A stretch of DNA of 64,000 nucleotides from Utricularia gibba. Its lineage: Eukaryota > Plantae > Magnoliophyta. Position 1 is the stretch's first letter. Every line of letters begins with the position of its first letter. The stretch spans positions 496,001-560,000 of the forward strand of contig CM007991.1 of the NCBI GenBank assembly GCA_002189035.1, read 5' to 3'. Of this stretch, positions 54,693 through 64,000 are shown one piece after another. The notes beneath the pieces are model-generated. The model had not been told where the DNA came from. It ran no database searches and was given only the letters and a program-made list of their open reading frames with translations. The translations under genes and the position numbers were made by a program.

Positions 54693-56764
54693 TCAGCACT
54701 TGGTACCTGCGTCACCTCCTTGAGAAACGGCCTCCGCCGCCTTGGACTTGGCCTTCTGATCACTGTACGATTTTGCACAAACCAAATACACGACAAGGTT
54801 TACTACTCCGAGGACCGCAAGGAGGCCGTAAAAGCAATCCAGCCGGCCGTCGTTGATGTTGTCGGCGAGCCATCCCTGGCTGCCATTCCTCCTCGTGATC
54901 TGCTTCACGATGGAAACCAGGACGCTGCTGAAAAAGAATCCCATTGACAGAGTCGTCAAGAAGAGACCTGTGCTCATGGTTTTCATCCCCTTTGGAGACT
55001 GGGTTATGAAGAAATCCAACTGCCCCGTGTATATCAGCGCTTCACCGGAGCCGACAAGAAAGAGTTGTGGGACTAGCCAGAACACGCTGATCGGAAGAGT
55101 GGTCGAAGAAGACGACCGGCCGACTGCCCTCGCCACCGATAGCCTCTTCACCTCCGCTAGTGCTGCCGCCGCCATTGCTAAAGTCGAGAGCACAAGTCCA
55201 ATCCCAATTCTTTCGAGGCTTGAGAAACCTTTTGGAAACAAACTTCATGAGTGTAGTGTGATGAAAAAGACTAGTGTTTTAATGGATGTGTGTTACCTTC
55301 CTTCCCTTTGAACTTCTTCATAAGTGGCATGATGACTCTATCGTAGAACGCTAGTGTGAGGAGAATAGCAGAGACGAAGAAGACAGTGAGGGAGCCTGCA
55401 GGGATAAGAAAATGGTTGATGTTTCTCCTCATGGTGGAAGCTTGATCCACAGAGAAAGTGATCATCTGTGCATATGTAGTCCAGAATATGATGGTTGTCG
55501 CCCATATGGGTAGCAGCCTCGTCATCATCTTCACCTCCTCCACTTTAGTCACGGAGCAAAGTCTCCAGGGAAGCCGCTCCGACACGCTGTTGAAGTCCCC
55601 TTCACCAACAACAGCTGCCTTGTCCAAGCAACTACATCGATAATGCAAGGAATGAAGTTATTTGTACAGCAGTTTCATTAATATGGGGAGCTTTTTCACT
55701 AACCGGAACTGATCCGTGTGACGAATCCGTGACTCCTCAGGGAAGTCGTCGTAGAGTGTGGAAATATCATGAGGACGATCCACCTTTCTCTTCCTTAATG
55801 CAGCTACAATGACTTGAGCAATTTGGAGTAAAGGGCTTCCACTGCATTTCTTGTACCTATACTTTCTGGTTCCTGATAAGAATATCAGTAGTGCAATCAA
55901 CATGCTGATGGAACATATCCCGTATGCAAGGCTTCTCCCCACCTCATCCTGAATGTAAACCAGCACTGTGACTGCTGTCAAAGTGCCAATGCTGATGAAA
56001 AAGAAGAAACGGTTGAAAAAGTATGTCATCTGAGATTTCTCCTTCGCATCATTCTCATCGAACTGATCACTCCCGAATCCGGAAACACTTGATTTCAACC
56101 CCCCTGTGCCTACAGCAATCAGATATAAGGCGAAGTAGAGCATCCCCATTTGATAACCATTGGCTTGTTTGCAGTCCTCCGCGGTTGCAGCGCAGGCAGG
56201 GGGACGGAGACTCGGCAATTTCGTCACTAGAGAGAGCATACCTGTTCCCTACGTCACACCCAAAAGGCAGCAGAGACTGAAGATTCAACTGCACACGAAA
56301 AAGAAGGGAAAGGAGAAAGGGTACCAGTATTTGAATGCCGGTGAAAATGGCAATGGTTTTGTAACGTCCAAGGAAAGAATCAGCAAGAAAGCCAGCGAGT
56401 AAACAGAGAAGAAAGCATGTCCCCATGAAATCAGTCACTATGTTGGCTGATGTTGAGCTCGGAAGATGCATAACTCCACCCAAATAAGTCACTAAGTTCA
56501 CTGCTATTCCCATGGTTGACAGCCTCTCGCATATCTCAATCCCTGCCATCCATTACACTGAATCCGATCAACTCTCGACCAAATTACCCTGTTCCTTCGA
56601 CTATGAATATTCTTTACAGACGAAAGCCCGTTATTAAACAAGAAACACTTTTTTTAAACAAAAAACAAACCAAGTATAAGCGCCGCCGGAATCCAGCCCC
56701 CGGTTGCCGTCCGGCCGGCGGGCTTCCCCCAGTAGTCTACTGCGCCAGGAACCACCGAATCCAT
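54693..56764 (-). CDS. NPF6.2: NRT1/PTR family transporter NPF6.2 (NRT1.4-like), 5 exons, ~575 aa
   Basis: Exons 56764-56671, 56542-56325, 56248-55704, 55631-55297, 55228-54693 in frame (1728 nt). TGGW..AALILGIEICERLSTMGIAVNLVTYL (ExxER), GTGGLKSSVSGFGSDQFDE, FFNRFFFFIS, TKVEEVKMM.RLLPIWATTIIFWTTYAQMITFSV, QSPKGMKTMSTGLFLTTLS; these closely match recalled NPF6.2 sequences. Confidence 0.93.
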
Positions 56765-58446
56765 CTTCTCTACGTCCTGAAAATCAAAGATTTGTCTAAA
56801 CAAAATCACATATCCCAACCTTTCGACACAACAAAACCATACTATCCTTTCCCTATCAAGATCAAAGACTCTCCAAAAATCGCTAACAATCCCCTACTAG
56901 AAACGCGTTTCTGGAATGATTCGCATTCCAGAACATAGGACCACTTTATGACCCATTGGATGAAAAAGGAAAGAGATGTGAAAATCACCATTTTTGCAGT
57001 GGCCGCGTATTCTGGGTATCTCGATTCGTATTGGGATATATGAATTGGAAACCAAGATTGAGCGCCAGTATCATGCTTACACCTTGCAATGTGCCAAATG
57101 TTTCTCTGAGGACGACCCTTGAGCCACGCACAGGGCTGATAATGGGGAGTCCCCACAGTTCAGATGGCGACTCTGTAATTTGTAGTTTAGCCTTCTGGTT
57201 TGTACGCAAAAACAAATCGAACACGTTGCTTTTCGCTTCTGGCCCTGTGTGAGGATAGCTCTGGACCAAGGACGGGAAGGTAATGAAACTCCACAGTGCG
57301 CAGCGCTGCACTCCTCGTGACGGCACAGCGCCTCAAAAACTCAAGAATCATCCCAATAGTAACGATGAATTCTTCCGAGACAGAGAGATCTCACGGCCAG
57401 CATCTTCCCGGAGAGAGTTTGTGCACGACAATGAGGATGGAGAATTGTAGGTTTGGCATTAATTACATCATCTTGCGATTCGGCCGTTGGATTGTATTAA
57501 ATTATAAAAAAAAATGAATCCCCTTTAAAATTCGAACTTTATTTAATTATAATTTAATATTTTTATAATAAAAAAATATAGAAGTAAAAAAATATAAATA
57601 ATTAAATCATGATTTAAATAACCATTGAATTTTTCAAATTAGAAAGAATATGTGAAATCTATTCACTATTTTTTTTCAAATATAATTCAAACCAAATCTA
57701 AATTACTATCACCACTTCTTTACATGAATACATCGGAACCCAAATGGCGATCAGTGTTGAAATTAAAAATTTAATAAATCAGACGATTACTGATCAAGTT
57801 CAAATACATAATATACATGAATTATATTAAATAAAGAATTAGTTATTTGTATTTAATTATTAAATTTTCGATATTGTATTGTCTATTCCAATAATTGAGT
57901 ACACCAGCAGCCGCCGGCTTGTGCGTCCGGAAAATCAGCGTAAAGGAAATGAACGATGCATCCCCTCTTTTTGCCCACAGCAAAACATGGTTGTGAAAAG
58001 GTCTGCGTCTATCCCGCCGGAGACAAGGATGGGACCCACTGGAATTGGAAAGGATGAAGCCGGAGCCCACGGTGCAGTGTACCATCAACTGCGTTTCTTT
58101 TTGTGACGAAGGGAAGGGGACTGGGAGTCCCCCCCACACTTGAAATGGCCGACTGAATTGTGGCGTATTCATAGATCACGAATGATGGCATTGGAATTTA
58201 GTCTTGTGGACGGCGACGGGCCGCCGACCCAACGGCGAAAGTCTTATCTCTTTTCAGATAGAAGTTGAGGAGCAGCATCTTCATCCTGTTGAAAAATGAA
58301 GGCATCTACGTAAGTATGTTTGTGTTTAGGGTTCGAATGAAAACGAGCACTTATATTTGTGTTTTTAATTTTATCGAATAAAAAATTTGTATATATTCAT
58401 TTACTTAAGTTAATCTAACAAAATCAAACATTATCCCATCACTGGG

Positions 58447-58453
58447 AAAAAAA
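58447..58453 (-). terminator. RNA polymerase III oligo-T terminator of tRNA-Glu
   Basis: T7 on the minus strand, 7 nt after the tRNA 3' end. Confidence 0.8.
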
Positions 58454-58459
58454 TACAAA

Positions 58460-58532
58460 TTCCGTTGCCGGGACTTGAACCCGGGTCTCTCGGGTGAGAG
58501 CCGAGTATCCTAACCACCTAGACTACAACGGA
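58460..58532 (-). tRNA. tRNA-Glu(CTC): tRNA-Glu (anticodon CTC), intronless
   Basis: Minus strand TCCGTTGTAGTCTAGGTGGTTAGGATACTCGGCTCTCACCCGAGAGACCCGGGTTCAAGTCCCGGCAACGGAA. Acceptor stem TCCGTTG/CAACGGA; anticodon stem CTCGG/CCGAG with CTC at 58498-58496; T-loop GTTCAAGTC; upstream CAA motif; downstream T7. Confidence 0.98.
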
Positions 58533-60212
58533 TTGTTGTATCAGGTTATAATCTTTAAAATCTATTGTTAAAACTGTCTAGATAATTTCAAATCTCAACC
58601 TTTTGCATTAGCCTAACACATCACGGCCTGCCCTTCGAACATTTTATCTTACAATATAATTACAATTATTTAATATAAATAATTAAAACCTATTATTATT
58701 ATTAAACTATTTTTCCAAACATTCTTTTTATGTACGATGGTTGCATCACCTAGAGGGCACCACAATCGGTTTATCACTTTAGCGGTTCAGTGCCGGTTAG
58801 GTTAGGCAGGATGAATATATTTTTTAATTTAAATGAAAACGAAAATTGAACCACCATTTTCATCATCCAATAATTTTTTAAGTTATAATAATTCGTAGTG
58901 ATCGCAGCAGATTCCGTCTATGGGTTTAATTAAGCGGAATAATCCCTATCACGGAATTCATTATTATAATGTTTCAATTTAAATTATATCAAAAGTAAAT
59001 TATTAAAAAAACGTAGTTTACTTTACCCTGAATTGATATAAGTGCCAGCAGGTGTCGCATTGTCAGCCTACGAGGCTCTAATAATGTCAACTACCAATTC
59101 CGCCCCCACACCCGCGGCATACACCGAGGGGTACAACTGTCTTTTCTAGTTGGAACGTAAAACCCCATCTTGTAAACAAATAATAGATAATTTGGAAGTG
59201 TGGTCCACTTCAAATTACGAAATCAAATATAGATTTTATTATAGAATGATTAAAGATTTGAATTTTAAAAAATTAAACAAAATCAGTTTAGTAATAAATT
59301 AAACAATTAATTATATGTTTATATTACCTATAATGCACATGCAATAGTGGCGGGTTTCGAAGTCAGGGATATAATTGTAAAAAATCATCAATAAATTGGG
59401 ATTTAATTGTACGTAAATAGGGTTTAATTAATTTGACCAATTTGAAATAGCTTTGATTGATTTTTAAGCCCAGGTTGAGGAGTGCATGAAATTGATGGGA
59501 AGAAGGCTGGAGGTGAAGGTTGGAGGGGCAACTTCGCCTCGCAACAGTAACCTACGCCAAAAGAAATTTGAAAAAAGGAGAAATGGAAAGCCATCCTCGG
59601 GATTGGGCAACGGGCATTTCGCCTTCCCCAGAGGTGCACTCCATTCAATTCAATTCAATATGGGAGCCTGCCTATTTCTATGTACGCGTTTGCCGCCTGA
59701 GGTAATGGCTATGTGGTTGACTTTTTTGATGAGTAGTGTAAAACCCTGGTGCTACGTTCAGAATCTTTCCTGCAGGCGTTGTTGTTGGTGTAATGGAGTT
59801 CTTTTGTGGGGCAGATAGGCGAACCCAGATCGTTTTTGTCGTGGGTTTGGTGTTCTGCTTTTGTTACGATTCTACGTGTGAGTACTTTCTGTGTTTTTGT
59901 GAAGATTGGTTGATTGTGCTTGGGGGTTTAAACATGTGTGTGTCTGTGTTGCTTTGTCCTGTTTGAGGTTTATGGCTTCTTTTCATGTCAATGTAAGTGG
60001 TGGAATTACTTGGAGAATGTGAATAGCTGCAAATTGAATTTTTAACTTTTCTAGTTGGGTTATTTGCTAACGAAATAAGGTCACAGATCATCAGTTATTT
60101 GCTGACATGTTGTTGAGAGTTACTGCAAATTTTGCAGCCGGCACAGTCTAGTTGGATTCTTATGCTGTGGAATGTGATGAAGTTTCATTCTATAAGGGTA
60201 GAAGCTAAGGCA

Positions 60213-61985
60213 ATGGCACCGGAAGAGTTCCTCAAGGATGTTTTACATGTTTATTTTTTGGTGATTATTGTTTCTTGAGGCCTTGCGTAATTTTGTGCCA
60301 ATATACGTTTCATCAAGTCGATATGTGTGTTATGCGAATCATCTTCCAACACTAAAAAATCTTTTTTTGTGCCAGATGCTTATGATCCACTTGATCCAAA
60401 TGGTAACATAACCATCAAATGGGATGTCATGAGCTGGACTGATGATGGATACGTTGTAAGCACATTTAATAGTTACACTTTCATCTTGGGACCCGTTTTC
60501 AATTATAGGTTCCAAAATCTTTGAAGTCATGAGCCACCTTAATATCTTCTTGGCGCATCTAATTAATATGTTTCTCAAATGGCCAGGCGGCTGTTACAAT
60601 CTCCAATTTTCAGATGTATCGACATATTGAGAACCCAGGTTGGAAACTGGGGTGGGTCTGGAGTCAGAAGGAAGTGATATGGAGTGCGTTGGGCGCACAA
60701 GCCACTGAACAGGGAGATTGTTCACAATTCAAAGGAAACATCCCCCACTGCTGTAAAAAGAACCCCACAGTTGTTGATTTGTTGCCTGGAACTCCTTACA
60801 ACCAACAAGTAGCAAGTTGCTGTAAGGGTGGAGTTATTAGTTCTTTGGTCCAGGATTCGGCAAATGCAGCAAGCTCGTTTCAATTAACAGTTGGCCAAGC
60901 TGGGACAACCAACACAACCGTAAAGCTGCCTCAGAATTTTACACTTGCTACCCCGGGTCCTGGTTATACATGTGGAGCAGCCGTCAAGGTGCCTCCAACC
61001 AAATTCCTAAGTGCCGATCAAAGAAGAGTCACACAAGCTCTGAGTAAGTGTGACCTGCTTGCTCTTACCATCTGAAATCCAAGTCTATTTGGCCTTAGCT
61101 TTCCCTTTGTCTACAGTGACCTGGAGTGTTACTTGCACGTATTCACAGTTCTTGGCATCAAGCACACCAACTTGCTGCGTCTCACTTTCTTCTTTCTACA
61201 ACAGCACAATTGTCAACTGCCCTGCCTGCTCATGTGGCTGCCCAAATAAAACCCAGCCCAACTGTGTGGAGTAATTGACTTTGTTATTCTTCATTCTGTT
61301 GCTATAGTATGAACATGAACTAAGCTTGTGTTTTGGACACTAAACCTTGCAGTGCCAACTCTCCCCACCTATCCTTACCTGGTTCAAGCTCATCAACACC
61401 AGCTGTTCAATGCACCGGCCACATGTGCCCAGTACGGGTCCATTGGCATGTGCAACAAAACTACAAAGAATATTGGCGAGTGAAGTTAACCATCACAAAC
61501 TTCAACTACATGAGGAACTACACGCAATGGAATGCTGTTGTTCAGCATCCCAACATGGGCAACATTACTCAAATATTCAGTTTCAACTACCAGCCCTTAA
61601 ACTCATATGGTTACATCAGTAAGTCACATCACTGTCTCCATACTATCTTTCTTAGTCCTCCGCCCAATTTCAAAGCAATGTTTGCCATGCAGACGATACA
61701 GCCATGCTGTGGGGATTCCAATTTTTCAACGACCTCCTGATGCAAGATGGCCCTGGTGGAAATGTGCAGTCAGAGATCCTCTTCAAAAAGGATAAAACAA
61801 TGTTTACACTAGAGAAGGGATGGGCTTTCCCCCGTAGGGTGTACTTCAATGGTGACAACTGTGTGATGCCTCCTCCGGATCAGTATCCCTATCTTCCGGG
61901 GGGAAGCCATGGTAACTCTGTTTATGTGCTAAACTTAGTAGCAGGAATGGCAACATGTATGATCTTGTTCTTTCTCCGGGCCTAA
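60213..61985 (+). CDS. COB: COBRA-like GPI-anchored protein; exons 2-6 intact, signal-peptide exon not open as assembled
   Basis: Exons 60376-60455, 60587-61043, 61117-61270, 61353-61618, 61693-61985 join in frame: AYDPLDPNGNITIKWDVMSWT, PGWKLGWVW..KEVIWS, PHCCKKNPTVVDLLPGTPYNQQ (CCVS domain), PTCCVSLSSFYN, HMCPVRVHWHV, GWAFPRRVYFNGDNCVMPPPD, hydrophobic tail. The start at 60213 is tentative (see findings). Exact COB versus COBL subclade is uncertain. Confidence 0.9.
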
Positions 61986-62643
61986 TCCCTGAAAACTATG
62001 TTTTTTCCCCTATGAAAACAGTGTACTTGTATGTGAATAAATTCCAGTCCACAGGCAATTGTATTGTGATTTGTGATGTTTGTTTGCCCAACCAAACCAC
62101 TGGCCCCAGATCAAAAGTGTGACCCTTGGGAGCTCTTTTATAGGTAAAAAAAAGGACACCGTACATCTCTTGTTTAAGGGGCATTGTATTTGGTAAGTTT
62201 TTGGTCATATTTGGACACGTATTGAAAACTATGTTTATTTATATAATAAACATGTTTTTTCATTACACTTTTTATTTGATTATTGAATAAAACTAATAAC
62301 GAGCATGCGTCGTTATTAGTTTTTATTTTAGATTTCGGTTGTATTAATAGTGGAAATATTCTTTTACATATTCAATTGATTTTGCAATTTTGATTATACT
62401 CTTTATTTTAATTATGAAATTCGATTCTAATAATAACGAGCATGCTTTATTATTGTTACCGAAATTATTGCCGTTTGGTGGTCGTAATTTGAAAATAAAA
62501 AAGAAAATAAATTTGAAATTGTGTATGAAGGTGTAATGGGCACGTTCATAAGTGCATGCACTCCCCCTATTTTAATGCCTTTCAATATTCTCCCATTTCA
62601 AATTTTCACCCCCCTCCGTACTCCCACTCCGCCGGAGAACTTG

Positions 62644-63529
62644 ATGAGCGCCAGGCTGAGAGTGAAGGGCTTGGCGTCCTGCTTTTACGGTTGCCGTTTT
62701 CCGATGGGTGATTTAGTCTGCCTTTTTTGTTTCACGATCTCTAGGTCATGTTTATTGACAGTATGGTTGGCTGTCTTTGGTTTCAGAGGATGAACATGAG
62801 ATCCTGCAACGGTCTCCGCCGCGGAATCCGGCCGTAGAAGGCGGCGGTGAAAAGGGAATTGGGAGAATGGGGAAGCGCAGCTTTAAGGAGCCGAGCCTGG
62901 CTGAGGAGGATTACATTGTGTTCAGTTTCCGCGACGACGGGGCGATCGACGTCGTAAATGAAGGCGGTGCATACTCATCCGAAGAACACGGTGAGGACTC
63001 GGAAGCCCCCGCCGCCGAAGCCCCTCCGTCAAAAGTCGAAAGAAAAGTAAGCGATCATTTGTTTCCGGTTTCGCAGTTTTCACTACTCTGATTCTAGACT
63101 TTTGCCTGGTTTTGCAACTTTCACTGCGAAGAATGTCTCCGGGCGTCATCGGATTCCAACCCCCTTCCCCAGATTATTAAGGTTACAACTACCTGTCTCA
63201 ACACACTCCTCAGACCAATTAGTTATTGATTTTCTGAAGATCTAAGACACAGAAAAGCCCACTTTCAGGGGAGCATGCGCAAGGAGGTGGATGATGAAAA
63301 TGGGAGCAAAGTTGAGTCGTTCGAGTCATGTGATTCCACCCCCTCAGACACCACCAGCACAAGCTCTTTTGCCTTCCCAGTGTGAGTCTTCTCCCCGGTT
63401 TTCCAGAAAACAAAACAAGAGCCCACTTGTGATAATAACCTCGTGCCTGTGCGCAGATTGGGGCCGGAGTGGATCGGAAGTCCTGTTCAAATGCCGAGGC
63501 GAGACCAAGGGCCGGCAACAACAGGGTAG
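62644..63529 (+). CDS. BASL: BASL-like polarity protein (BREAKING OF ASYMMETRY IN THE STOMATAL LINEAGE), 4 exons, ~169 aa
   Basis: Exons 62644-62707, 62787-63046, 63269-63381, 63457-63529 join in frame (510 nt). All three BASL blocks are present: RVKGLASCFYGCRFP, EEDYIVFSFRDDGAIDVV, SSFAFPV|LGPEWIGSPVQMP. The exon 3 acceptor and the extreme C-terminus are uncertain. Confidence 0.82.
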
Positions 63530-64000
63530 TTGTTGCCCTGCCTGCTACTCTTAGACTGCTACTACTATATCTTTATACAGATACACAAAAAGTTTCTTCC
63601 CCACAGAACAGATTATATACCTTGATTACTGCTAATGACATGCATCCTTTTCGCTCTGCTTCCCTTTACATTGCACAATAACCTCGTCCTGCGTGATCGT
63701 TAACATCAAAACTACACTAGAATCAGCATGTAGAGTGTGAGGGCTCCGCCGCCGATGCTTTTTCCGGTAGTGTAGGAGGAGATCGGAAGTAGCCAAGGGT
63801 CCTTGAGAAGAGATTCAAGGAGGAGATGATTGATGCTCAGACAGAAAACAACGTTTTCTGTTACTATTTGGTGGTCACCGGTGTCCCAACTGGCCAGGTC
63901 AATCCTCCCATTGTTACAGTTATTTAAACCGGCGAGCGGTTAAAAGATTGGATGGGGCCCGCATGGCTAATTGGCACCGAGTTTTTAATAATTGATTTTA

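Noticed and set aside
58380-58460. Possible dicistronic tRNA-snoRNA unit
   Set aside because: A T7 terminator follows 7 nt after the tRNA; the known plant cases involve tRNA-Gly and tRNA-Met.
63677-63805. Apparent degenerate copy of the last BASL exon (AATAACCTCGT, GATCGGAAGT, CCAAGGG shared with 63436-63511)
   Set aside because: Matches are 7-11 nt with inconsistent spacing, which is too weak to call a duplication.

Overview
Gene-dense flowering-plant nuclear DNA: spliced genes with GT-AG introns, AT-rich intergenic DNA, and no transposon ORFs, rRNA or CRISPR. The species cannot be determined from the sequence. Spliced by hand, left to right: a probable 5' end of a gene running off the left edge (-); casein kinase I (-, 14 exons); chlorophyll b reductase NYC1 (+, 10 exons); a LURP-one-related gene (-); a GPI-anchored GH17/X8 beta-1,3-glucanase (-); an IST1-like ESCRT regulator (+); a DUF538 protein (+); two tandem class III peroxidases (-); an HMA-domain protein (-); NUP205 (-, 45 exons, about 16 kb, in frame throughout); CYP78A/KLUH-like (+); NPF6.2/NRT1.4 (-); tRNA-Glu(CTC) (-); a COBRA-like gene (+); and a BASL-like stomatal polarity gene (+) that the ORF track shows only in fragments. 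Main points of interest: the compact three-domain BASL next to COBRA; one-base frameshifts in NYC1 and CYP78A plus a broken COBRA first exon (real null alleles or assembly errors); a GC-AG intron and an apparently shifted splice acceptor in NUP205; and patchy divergence between the two peroxidase copies. I found no convincing novel multi-gene system. Protein identities rest on recalled family motifs, not database searches.
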